NCBI GenBank assembly: GCA_025201805.1
Contig: MU619237.1
Span: 209,237 to 273,236, forward strand
Direction: 5' to 3'
Length of the DNA stretch: 64,000 nt
Source of the DNA: Parasitella parasitica NRRL 2501
Taxonomy: Eukaryota > Fungi > Mucoromycota
Part shown: positions 38,022 through 50,300 of the stretch, piece after piece
Numbering within the stretch: the stretch's first letter is position 1
Layout: the number at the start of each line of letters is the position of its first letter
Position numbers and translations under genes: made by a program
The notes under the pieces: model-generated
The model's input: the letters and a program-made list of their open reading frames with translations, nothing else
Databases searched by the model: none
What the model was told of the DNA's origin: nothing

Positions 38022-39734
38022 ATGTGTTCTAAAGAGCAAGAACAAAAAGAGCTTACCGTCAAAGAGAATCTAGTAGAAGCACCTGAACAGGTAATGTAAA
38101 GAAAGCTGAGGCAAATGTCAATACATCCCGAAATTCACTCCTGTGTCAATCAAAAACACAAAAGCCTAAAAAGAAAGAACCCTGCAAAACGAGAGCAGCC
38201 AAGAAAAGGAAAATGGCAGAGAATAATCCCTATTATATTGCTGCGAAAGCTGCCGAGAAGGGTCTTTCATCTGAGAAGAGATTTCGCAGAAGAAAAAGCG
38301 ATGATTTCAGAGATGTGGATGATATGCATACGGCTATTTATTTCTTTGAAAATGGTACCTGAGAACTTGCGACTTTTTTTTTTTTTTTTTTTTTCTCTCT
38401 TTCATATGTCCATAGCTAATTTTTAACCCTAGAATTGCGAAAGGTAAAGCCTTACTACTTTGAGTACAAGTCGCATGCAAAGGGTCGCTGGTTTGGACGC
38501 ACACTTTTGGAGGTATTCTCTTCTGAATTTAGAGATCGCAGCGAGGAATATTATGTAAGTAGTATATACAGCACACTGTGAAGATGCCGAGTATTAAAGC
38601 AACGTAAAGCGATATGCAATTGAAAAGGGGCTACTTACGATCAACAGAAGCTTTGTTGGAGTGGATGCCATTCTCAAAAATGGAGATGTCATCGGACACA
38701 AGATCCATCGACACGAACCACCTTGCACAGACCAACCTATCAAGATTGTGCACGAAGACGATGATCTTTTTGTTATTGATAAACCTGGAGGTATGCCAGT
38801 TCATCCAGCCGGACGCTACAGACACAACACAATTGTACATGTTTTGAGAAAAGAACGCAATATATTCAAGCTTTATCGTAAGTCTGCCTTGTTACTCGAC
38901 GTATAGCATACAATTCTTGACAACTTTTTTTTTAAAGCCGCCAATCGACTTGATCTACCTACATCTGGGCTCATGCTTATCGCAAGAAATTCAGCTCGTG
39001 CAATGAAAATTGAAAGAGAAATGTCTGCAGGTTTGATCAGGAAACAGTACGTGTGCAGAGTGGATGGCAAATTCCCAGAGTGAGTTTAACGCTTGTGGTA
39101 TAAAGTTGATAATTGACATTTCGGCGAATCTAGTGGTGAAATTACTTGTGAAGCACCGATCAAGTGCATTTCACATAAAATGTCCATCAATTACGTCCAT
39201 AGTGAAGGAAAGGCATCAATTACAAAGTTTGAACGACTCAGTTACAACGGTAAAACAAGTGTTGTTCTTTGCAAACCTTTGACAGGTCGCACACACCAAA
39301 TTCGAGTTCATTTACGATACCTCGGCTATCCAATTGCGAACGATCCTTTATACGGCAATGGTACTTCCTGGTCGCCATGGTTACGACCAGGCGAGCGGAT
39401 GGCTGAAAAGGATGCCAGGTTACTAGTCGATAAGCTTTATGAGTACTCACCCATGGAAGATTGGGAAGAGCCTGATTCAGCAGCGGCAACTGTGGTGCCA
39501 GCAGCAGCCCCAAATGGATCAGCACAAGATATAGACTCAAGCAAATGTCCAGAGTGCAGCGCATCTCTTATTTTAGGGAAGAATTACGATCAATTGTGTA
39601 TATTTTTACATGCTTGGAAATATTCTTGCAATGGTTGGAAATACGAGACCGACTTACCCTTTTGGGCCCTAGAAGACTTTGATGAAGACAGTGTGCCTGC
39701 AAAGTTCAAGAACTCTTTTATGGAAAACAAATAA
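38022..39734 (+). CDS. RluA-family pseudouridine synthase (Pus9/Rib2/RPUSD2-like), 6 exons, no deaminase domain seen
   Basis: [51 protein letters not shown], catalytic [44 protein letters not shown]. Confidence 0.93.
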
Positions 39735-39811
39735 AATATAATTTTGAGAGAGAAAACGAGTTTTTATTTTATTTTTGTTGTTATTACTATAGATTGGTTA
39801 GCCAGTTTGCG

Positions 39812-41613
39812 TTAATCGGAAGCCCCAGTCTTTTCTGAAATGTTCATATTTTTTTCCATATCCTGCACCAAGTCATCTTGATAGTTCTGCGTTTGATGAC
39901 TGACAGCAACTCCATGCTGTCTTTGTTGTGGTACAATATGTGCGGCGTATCTGAATTAAACAGCGTTACAAACCAAAGATTAGAATTATGATGAGGACAT
40001 TTAAACTTACTGAGGATTATGATACTGTGGAAGATGATGGAGAGTAGCAGAAGTTGAAACAGCAGGCGCAATACCCAGCATGGTTTCAGGCGTAATAGGC
40101 ATCATAGGCCTCATAGCAAATGCTGCCATGGGCTGGAATTCGCGAGGTCTGACCATCTTTCGCCTGGCAGTTTGGTTTTTGAGGTGCTTTTGAGCAGGTG
40201 AATCGGCGAAACGTACTTGAAGCGGTGCTGATGAGCCTTCGATTGTATGCTCATTGAATCTCTCGATGATAGCAGATGCAGCCTCTCTGTCTGTCAATCT
40301 GGCAAAACCGACACCGCGACTCATGCCAGTCAAAGGATCGCGCAAAATTCGATTCGAAATTGTCTGGTAGGGATGGAACAATTCCTCCAGTTTCTATAGC
40401 ATTTTTTTTTTTAGCACCTCTGACCATAAATAGATAAACACGTTAAGGATTCTCACCTGTTCTGAGATATCCAGAGGCAAGTTAGAAATGTAAATGTTGG
40501 TAGAAGTTTCGTCTTGGAGATGTCGAAGCTTGGAGCTAAATGATTCCTGCTATAGATTTGAGTATTTAGGGAGTAGCTTGCTCCATTTTTGAAAACACGT
40601 ACCTGTCCAACTCGAGCAAAAGAAGCTTGGAGACCTGCTTTATTCAGACCCTCGATAGCTTTCTCGCATTCTTGTTCATTATTGAACATGGCAAATCCGT
40701 ATCCTTTGCATTCGCCTGATTTCTGATCGATAATCGCTTTCGAAGACGCAATGCTGCCATACCTAGTAATTGATTGTTATGATGTATTCCAAATTAAGAA
40801 AGAACACTTACACTTGGCACATTTCCAAAAATGATTGATCCGTAGTAGATACAGATAACCCACGGACATAAATATTATGCGTATGATATGAATTCATTTC
40901 AGCCTCCAATTGCTGCTGCAAATGCTGCTGTTGCTCCTGATGTAGTTGATACTGTTGATGCTGATGCTGATGCTGATGCTGATGTCGATGCTGATGCTGA
41001 TGCTGATGCTGGTGCTGGTGCTGGTACTGATGCTGATGCTGATGCTGAGGATGCTGCGGATGCTGTTGGGGTTGATGGTGCTTGTTACTGCCATTTCGAA
41101 CGTTATCTGTCGATGCTTGAATAATGTATGGTCCAGGCAAGTAGTGCTGAGGAGGAGGGGAGCCAGACATGGGATTGGAGCCAGTTAATACAGGTGATGA
41201 GATATGAAGAGGAGGGAAAGGCTGAGCCGAGTGAGGCGGCAACATGAAAGCATGTGTTGGGGGCGATAATGCCATACCTTGTTGATATTGAAAGTTGGGG
41301 CTGAAGGACGGACTCGTAGGGTTGATAGGGGGTGACTGAGGATGCAGTGAAGGCGAACCAGGATAGCTTTGGTAGCCATTTGAGTAATCAGGGTAATACT
41401 GCACAGAAAACTGTGGGCTTAGAGGATAAACATAAGTAGTGTAATTGACAGCAGGATCTGTGGAAGGGCGATCATAGCTGTGGTTTCGGTCGATATATGC
41501 ACCAGCGCCATAAGGTGGGTAATTAGGCGACGTTGGTGCGATAGACATATGAGCTTCAGGAACAGATGTCTCTGAGTTTCCACCATTATGAAATTTCGCA
41601 TTTACCTCTTTAC

Positions 41614-41645
<32 letters not shown>

Positions 41646-41758
41646 TTGCTGTTGCTGTTACTGTTGCTGTTGCTATTTCTAGTATTACTAGCATTACTAG
41701 TGCTGCTACTGACGTTATTGTCGGTTTTTTGGGACTTCAATTCTGAGTTTTCCATCAT
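39812..41758 (-). CDS. Two-RRM RNA-binding protein of the RBMS/MSSP type, with long low-complexity N-terminus; 5 exons
   Basis: NIYVRGL, YGSIASSKAIIDQKSGECKGYGFAMF, LQDETSTNIYISNLPL, RILRD..GMSRGVGFARL, PLQVRFAD. The final exon ends in TAA at 39812-39814. Confidence 0.9.
40955..41050 (-). repeat. (CATCAG)n-type hexamer repeat encoding an HQ dipeptide tract
   Basis: (gatgct)n on the plus strand; translated as QHQHQHQYQHQHQHQHQHQHRHQHQHQHQHQ. Confidence 0.9.
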
Positions 41759-42395
41759 AGTTTGTTATATCAAGTATTTTTGCTCTCCAAAAATATATTT
41801 GTATATTCCACAACAACAGGAAAAAAAAAAAAAAAAAAGGAACAATAAGAAACAGAAAGGGGAAAGCTATATAAACCAAAAGCAGTATATTGATAAACAG
41901 CGTCACCAGTTGTTTTTGTCATACCAATGGTGCTTTCCCACTAAAGTGAAGAGGTGGAATATCTCGTTGTTTAACGGTGCCATTGGCACTACATTCTGTG
42001 GCGATTATATTCAAAACAAGATGGGTTAGTAACTGTCAATTTAGCATCTTGATTGCTTTCATGGCTACCAAATACAAGGCTTACATGTAGATGAAAACAC
42101 TGCTCAGACACTTTCCACATCATTCAGCAAGCATCTTGGAATGAGGCTGCCTCGAATTTCCTTTTTGATATGCATGTCTTTGTAATATACAGTGTATAAT
42201 GCTTGACACGTGGTAACACATTAAAGCAAACAGAGATCAATCATTCGTGACATGAATCACAAGAATTTATCTGTACGTTGATGCTAGTTTGATTGTACAA
42301 AGTTATGCAAAAAAAATCTGTATCTGGATAATGCAAAAGCGCTTTTACACGGCAGTATCGTACAGGAGTATATTTTTTTAATATTGCAAGAGGCT

Positions 42396-44420
42396 CTATG
42401 GACGATACAGAATACGAGGCCCTTGAACCTTGGTTCTTTCCAGTCTTTGTGGTAACACATGGTCGTACATCATTTTAACCCATTGACATAATACAGGTCG
42501 TGTATCTCGAGGATCAATGATTTCAGGCATGTCAAATATTTCGGCTGTACGTAAAGGCGATCTAACGGCCTCAAATTTAGCCATGATTTGTTCATATAGT
42601 TCATTTCGCTTATCTCCTGCTTCATCGAGTTCACGACGATAAGCAGCCTACAGATATGATATGAACGGCATGCTTTTTTTTTTTTTTTTTTTTTTTTNNN
42701 NNNNNNNAAACGAGTATAATCTTACATAGATGCCACCCTCCAAAGGCAAACTTCCCCAATCACCACTAGGCCATGCAATTCGCATATTAGGAACTCGATT
42801 GTCCACAAAAGCAGCGCCCGCTACACCAAAGACTTTGCGTAATACGACACTGAAATAAGGCACATCGCATTGATACAAAGCGGCCGTGAGAGTAGAGCCA
42901 TAGCGGATCGTCCTACATACGTACGGTGAGCAATTCAACAAATTTGAGATGCACTATGATACGTACGCTTCCTTTTCAGCCAATGTGCCCACGGAGAAGC
43001 CAGCGTAATCTGCAAAATTGAGAATAGGTATGCCAAATGTATCGCATAAATCAATGTGTCTGCGGAACTTGTGGCAGCTTGAAGCAGAGATAACGCTTCC
43101 TTTCAATGTGCAGTCAAACGTAATGATACCAACGACATGACCATTCATTCTGGCTAAACCGCAGACTGCACCATCTCCCCAACGAGAACCAATTTCGAAC
43201 CACGAGTTGTGATCAACGACGCGCGTAAGGATATCACGCACTTGGTACATTCGTTGACGACGCTTAGGTATGATCGAGAGCAATTCGTCGTCTCGGCGGT
43301 TGCTAGGGTCGTTGGTTGCCACGTAGGGAGGCAATTCAAAGTTGTTTGTTGGCATGTAGCTAAGGAATCGGCGAATTTGATCAAAGCAATCTTGCTCATT
43401 GGCAGCTAAATTATCAATCGTGCCGTTGGCGGTGTGGATAAGTGAGCCGCCAAGAGACTCCTTTGACACTGTTTCAAACGTAGCATTAGCAACAATTGGG
43501 GGTCCAGCAGCAAACAAAGAGCCAATGTCATTTGCAACTACTGAAAAGTGAGTCAATGTAGCTCTGGCAGCGCCCAAACCAACAGCAGGGCCCAAGGCAG
43601 CTGCACACACAGGAATCTCGGATAAACTGCCAATCATGTCATGCATACCAAACAGTGGTGGGAGATAGGTAGCGCCTTTCTCCAGCATGAGAGTGACAGA
43701 TCCGCCACCGCTGCTTCCGTCAATCAAGCGAACCTGTATACACAAGGGGATAAATATCAGTATTTACATTCGTGTGTGGGGTTTCTTGCTGAAAAAAAAA
43801 AAGTACCATTGGAATCTTTAGTTTGCGAGCCAATTGTTCTGCATAAAGCTAATAGTGTACATCAATTGTGAGATGTCTATATACATATACTATCAAATAG
43901 TATGTGCCTCTCCCCTCTTACCGATTTTCCCCAAACAGCACCGTCTGCATGGCCACCGCGAATAGCAAAATCATCAGCTGCAACAATGACGTTTCTGTTC
44001 TCAACGGTGCCCTTGCCTGCAACGAAATTAGCAGCCGTATAACTTTCAACAGAGCCGTCTTTTTTATATTTTGTATTTCCAGCAACACTGCCGACTTCAA
44101 CAAAGCTGTCATTGTCGAGAAAGGCATCGATACGCTCACGCACCCACAGCTTTCCGGTCGTCTTTTGTCTGATATAGCCTCTATCGGTCGTATCGGCTGT
44201 CCGGTTCTGTGTTTGACGTCGCTTAATTTCGAGAATCTCGTCCTAAAGTAAAATACATGTACAGATAGAGAGTGCACGTTAAAAGCATTTCTCATGAATA
44301 TTATTATGGGTGATCTCTATTTACTCTCCACTCTGATTTCTCGAGAGCCTCGTCCCTTGTTGCATTAGCAGGGTCTAAATGATTTGCTATGGATTGAATT
44401 CTTTGCTTAGTGGTAGCCAT
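42396..44420 (-). CDS. Acyl-CoA carboxylase carboxyltransferase (beta) subunit, PCCB/MCCB superfamily, multi-exon, with N-terminal PTS2-like motif
   Basis: GKLWVRERIDAFLD, DDFAIRGGHADG, RLIDGSSGGGSV, GPAVGLGAAR, LFAAGPPIV, DLCDTFGIPILNFADYAGFSVG, LRKVFGVAG, AWPSGDWGSLPLEGG, EIIDPRDTRP. First exon MATTKQRIQSIANHL... starts at ATG 44420. Confidence 0.9.
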
Positions 44421-45474
44421 GTTATATATCAATCAGTCATGAAATATACAGAGGAAAAGAAAGATGAACGTGTGTATATTTTATGCCATCAGGAAAGCAG
44501 TTTTTATGTTGCAAGCATAAATTGAAATGTCGTGCGAATCAGCTTTAGTAATAAGGAAAAACTTCACTTGATACACACCTACTAGATTATTTGTAATTAT
44601 TGGTGATTCATGGGAAGCATACAGCATTAGAGCTCAATAACGCTGTAGTGGAAGCTCTTTCCCTTTGCCGATGACAAACATTGTCATTAAAATCAGCATT
44701 AATACCTATAAGCAATTGTTTCTGAATTGCGCCTTTACAAACAAACAGAAAACACCCTTTTTCCGGAACGAGTGCATCGACAGGAAGAACAAATTCAGTA
44801 GCGCTTATGTGTTGGCACTATCTAAGCTCGTTGCCCTTATATAAAGTAATAGCTGGTTCATGATTACAGACATCACCATTTTTGCCTTGGATATTTATGA
44901 ACCTCAACCCATCAATAGAATATTACTTTTATGTACACATCCCTAGCTAAAGCATAATCTGCAGCACTGGGTTTCATTCACAAATCTTGCTCTAAGCAAT
45001 AATTTGTCGCCTTGTAATATATAGCTTTGCAAGCAAAATACAGAGAATCGTCCACTCAGACGCATACCATGTAATATACTCATGGCACGCTTACATATTT
45101 GGCCATGTGGGAAACATACAAAGTTTCTGTAGAAAAATACAGATGATGCCATGAGTGTCTTTCAGAATATAGGCTTTGATACAATGGTAAATAGTCAATG
45201 TAGTTCAGCGCTCTTTTTATCGTTGGCTTTGCTGCTCTTTAATGAAAGAAATAGGCTTAAATAATGCTTTTTAGGCAACATTTGGGGGTCAAATAGTTCG
45301 TACAACCTCTACAGCTCCAGGTTCCTAGGAAAAAGTGATACAGTAAATACCCAAGATGGACACCATGTGATAATTCAATGTTTATAGTATTTCCTCTTTT
45401 TTTTTATTTATTTTATTTCCTTCTTCTTCTTCCCTTTGGTTCTCTCTCTCTCTCTTTTATTTTGTTCATTTCAA

Positions 45475-46899
45475 ATGCCCTTTTTCTCTTGTTTCTCAAA
45501 GAAAAAGCAACAGCATCGACAGTCATTTATAGGCGATGAACTGCACGCTTTTGATTTGACGTGGAGAAATTACATTCCATCAGCTTCACAATTTTGCTGC
45601 TGTTTTAAGGATAGAGGCATTCAATTGGAAGACGACGATCCTTTGATAGATCCGCCCTATTACAACGATCAAACTCTGTACAGAGGCGAAGCACTAGAGA
45701 ATTACGTCGATAGTGGCCCACGAGATTGGGAATTTGAGTCTGTGCTGGGCCAGAATGATTTGCCTCAGTTTGTGACAAGAAACCCGTTTGGAACCTCTAG
45801 TTTAAAGAAAAAGAAATCACATAAAAAGAAAAAGAATCGGCGGGAACGACCTGCTGTGGAGGATGCGGATGTCGAGGAAGGCAATTCAGTAGGATATAGT
45901 ATTAGAGACCAGCAGGCGGAAGAACGCTACCATGGCAACAATGATGCTGAATTTCTCGGAGATGATCAAATTGCAAACCTAGCATACAACAGATATAGTA
46001 GCCAGGTGAATTTTACGACGTCCACTGTCATATGATAATGATGAAAATACTAACTACGATTTCATTATTATAAACAGCTGATGGACCAATATGGGGAAGA
46101 ACTATATCAAGGACATGTCCAAGGCCCAATAGAACAAGAAATGCAAGCACCACCACCGCCACCACGGGAATTTTATGCAGCCAGGACAGTACCAAACATC
46201 CACTTCAATGAGCAGCATGAAAATTATCAAGATCACGAGGAAAGGATCGCTTCAATACAATTTGCATCGTCATCAAAGCAGCAGCAGCAGCAGCAGCAGC
46301 AATCAAAGCCATTGGTGTCTGTAGAAGAAGCAGCACAAACGCTACTAAGTGACAAATTGGATGATTTGACCGAGAAATTAGTATTCATCAAAAATAACAT
46401 TATGCATATTCGACCGCAATCCCCACAAGAAGAGGGCCGCCATCGAAAAGAACAGGAATTCGACAGGACAACGCTGCATACCTTGCGTCATGAAGAGTCG
46501 GAAGAAAGGTAAAAAAGAGCAATAAAAGGTTATATGTCCTTGATAATGTTTTGCAACTATATCTAACATCTTTACAGCCATTCCATATCTGACCTTGACT
46601 CTGTCGCATCTGAGGCACTAGATGTATATGAAAGTGCTTCCAACGAACCCAATACAAACACTCATTCATCAACAGCTACAAGGCATTTGTCTGGCGATGA
46701 ACTCCACATTCCATCTTTAGTTGATAATACCCCTTTTGCATCTGAACAGCACCCATTCAGTTACTTTACAGACCATTCGACGTTATTACCAAGCCATCCA
46801 GATAACAGCAATGACCAACGGGAATCAAATGTAAATAATAATGACGGTATCAATGTCCAAACTGTGCTCACTATAGGCCGCAAATGGCTTGGTGTTTAA
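45475..46899 (+). CDS. Hypothetical protein, 3 exons, possibly lipid-anchored
   Basis: ORFs linked by GT-AG introns near 46005-46077 and 46509-46578. MPFFSCFSKKK and FCCCFK Cys clusters, a basic KKKKSHKKKK stretch and a short coiled coil. Confidence 0.65.
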
Positions 46900-47301
46900 C
46901 AGCAATCACATCTGTTACCAAAAAAAAAAAAAACAACTAATAATAAGCTTCCTTTCTATGTGTACCCTATAACCAGCGTATTGATGAATAAAATATCTTT
47001 GTAATGCTTGATCTATTCACAAAAGCGCTTGCTCTCCTAGTTTTGGTGGTGGACGCTATACACTGCACTTTTCCCGATCAAAGGTTCGTAAGTGGCGGTT
47101 TGAATAACGTGGCAGTTTCACACCACCTTGTGCTCTCGGGATGCAGTAATCGGGTAGTCTGTTATTGCTAATTGCATGCAGCGTTTGATAAACTATGTGC
47201 CGAGCTGCTTATGCGTTTATTCTAATTTGACGACCAGTTTCTTTTTTTTTTGTTTTTTTTTGTTTTGTTTACCCTTCTTTCAGCAATCAATCACAAGCAT
47301 C

Positions 47302-50162
47302 ATGGCACAAAAGAAAGCTACAGTCTTTATACTGAATGTCACCAACTCCATGTCCAAAGAATTTTCAACTTCATTGAGTGTCATGACTGAATTCATTGAA
47401 GACAAGGTAAAGCTCGAATCGTGGCCTGAAAACACGAACATAATACGATTCGCATATTAGGTCATGGCTGGCAGGAAAACAGACATGGTGGCAGTTCTTC
47501 TCGCTGGAACGCCGGGTAAGTAGCACACTGGAAGAGGATAGCCAGCGTGCCAATATGCGTTCAATTATAGAGTCTCACAACATTCTGAACGATACCACGC
47601 CTGAGCAGTATCAGGGAGTGACAAGTATGGGGCCCATCAGCCAGCCCAACGTCGATTTGCTAAAGAGAATCCAAAACCTCAGTACATCGAGTGAAGATAC
47701 CAGCCCTGCTGATGGTAGGATACACATCATATGTTCAGTTGGCAGAGCCTGTTTAGACTAACCCTCCCCGCCCCCCCCCCGTTCTTTGTGTAGTTTTTGA
47801 TTCTGTCATTGTTGCTTCCCAGATGATCCGCGAACACTGTCGAAACTTGAAATATGAAAAGCGTATCATCCTTATTACCAACAACCACAACAAGATTGAC
47901 TGGCTCGACTTGGACGATGTTGCTGGCATGCTCAAAGATTTAAATGCTCAACTCACAATCATGTAAGTCAATGCATTGACCCAACTCGATTTACCAAATG
48001 TGCTTAAAACATGCTTTACAGCGGCACAGATTACAGCCGTTTATCGGATCCTGATTGTCCAGAGGATATTGCATTGAATTACAAAAACTGGCAGATTTTT
48101 ATCGACAAGGCAGACACAGCAGGCGAAATTCTATCACTGCAGACAGCCTACGAAATCACACAAGAGGACTCTGCAAAGGAAGTCCGTCCTACACCATCAT
48201 TTCGAGGCTATTTGTATATCGGCGATCCTCACGAGAACAATCATGTCGTTGGCATCAGCATACACATGTTTATTCGCACGAAAACCGTACCTTTACCCAG
48301 AGGCCACAAGTATTCCGCCCACAGTGAGGGCCCAACGCACAAAGTAGAGCCTGACGCACTGTACAAATTCGACACCACCGCCAATGCAGAAACTTCTCTC
48401 ACAGCCGACGAGATAGATGAAACGGTAGTCGAGGACAAAACCCGCTTGGAACAGGCTTTTAGATTCGGCAAAACTGCCATTCTGATCTCCCGTGACGAAG
48501 TGGTCTCCAACAACTTTTCATCCAGAAAGGAAATGACGGTGATCGGATTCATTGATAAGAACCAAGTAAGGCGCTTGCTGTTGATGCGTTGCTTTGGCTA
48601 CTCACCCGATTTTCCCTGTAGTTTAAGCGCCATTATATATACTCGAATGCTTATATCCTGACTGCTGGAAGCTACAACGTAGCTCAAAGTTCATTAGCAC
48701 TGTCTGCATTCGCCAAAGCTCTCTACGATGAGCAGAGCTACGCGGTGGTTCGATACGTCCAGAAAGACGACGGCCAGCCCAGAATTGGCCTTCTCCTGCC
48801 CGAAGACAGAGAGGGAGAGGAGGATGTCGAGTACCTTTTACAATATTATGATGTAAGTCTTTTTTTTTTTTTTTGTCATTAGTAAATGTGTCCTTGCACA
48901 TATCAATCTGTTCATTCGTACAGCTTCCATTTGCAGAGGATATTCGCGACTACAAGTTTAAATCTGTTGCTGATCCCAAGGCTTCTGACCCAAAGAGCAT
49001 CAATTTGATGGATAGCCTCATCGATTCTATGGAACTGGACAACACCAAGTAACGAATGCTACCAACCGATGGATAGGATAACCTGACTGACATTTTCTTT
49101 TCTTTTTTTTATAATAACAATAGAAAGGGCAGAGATTACTTGGCCCCAGAATATTTATACAACCCCATCTTGTGGAGATTCAACAAAGCCATAAAGAACC
49201 GTGCACTGAATCCTGACGCACCTATACCTGATATAAAAGAGTCTGCCAGATGCCAGTTTGAAATCTACCCCGACTTCAAAGACAAGGCAAGCGAATACTG
49301 CGATCTTTTGGCGTCCACCTTGGAAGTCTGCAAAGTGATTGATAAGGGTAAAGGAAAGAGAAGAATGAAAGGCATGGGCGATACCGCCGACCCTGCCAAT
49401 GCAGCCGACATTAGCGAACTTCTTGGAAACTCCAAGTCATCGCAGGAAGGACCAATCTACGCACCTCTGACACCAAGCGAGAAAGCATTCAGGGCAGCCG
49501 CAGACGACAACCATGAAGTCGAAACTGTTGGCATGATTACACCAGTCGAGGATTTCCTGGCAATTCTCAGAAAGAAATCCGAAGTGGACCAGGTGGAAAT
49601 AGCTATTCGAGGGATGGTGGCTGCCATTCACAAGTTTCTTGCCATGTCTTTTGGTAACCAAAATTACCCCATTGTCATTAGCTGCTTGAAAGCATTTAGA
49701 GAAAATGCTGCAAAGGAAGATGCTGCAGCCAGCTACAACAAGCATGTGCGCGAAATCAAGCAATGGTGCAACATGCCTAACAAGTCATCCACTCGTCAAG
49801 AATTATGGAAGTCGCTGAAGACGGAGAATCTTGGACTGATTACAAACGAGGAATGTGATGATACTGATAATTTGGATACGACAAGAGAGGTCGCTGAAAA
49901 GGTTATAAAAATTGCAAGTTGTTGTACCACAGATTTGATTTTAACGTTGATTTGACAAATAGTTCTGGAATGTCGGTGAAGATGATCAGGACGCTGATGA
50001 CATGATGGACTTGACTGAGGATGGCAATGACAATAAAGATGAAAATGTGGCATTTGATGCAGACGAATTGGTAAGTCGTTCTTACCGCTTGCTGACATAT
50101 ATACAACATGATACTTAGTAGATGCATGAATTTTTTTTTTTTATTAGGATGACCTGTTGTAA
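47302..50162 (+). CDS. KU80: Ku80 NHEJ DNA end-binding subunit, about 10 exons
   Basis: vWA start MAQKKATVFILNV..SM, KYEKRIILITN, AFRFGKTAI, beta-barrel YAVVRYV, LPFAEDIRDYKF, YNPILWR, and a C-terminal region VGMITPVEDF...CLKAFRE...GLIT ending in DELDDLL*. Confidence 0.9.
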
Positions 50163-50300
50163 ATGTGTGTTTTATATTATCTGAATAAATTTGGTTGTAT
50201 GTTCAAAAACGACAAACATTTATTTGAAATGCTATGGATTGCAAAAAGAAAAAAATAATAATAAAAAAAAAAATATAAAGTATTTACAATGCTAATACAG

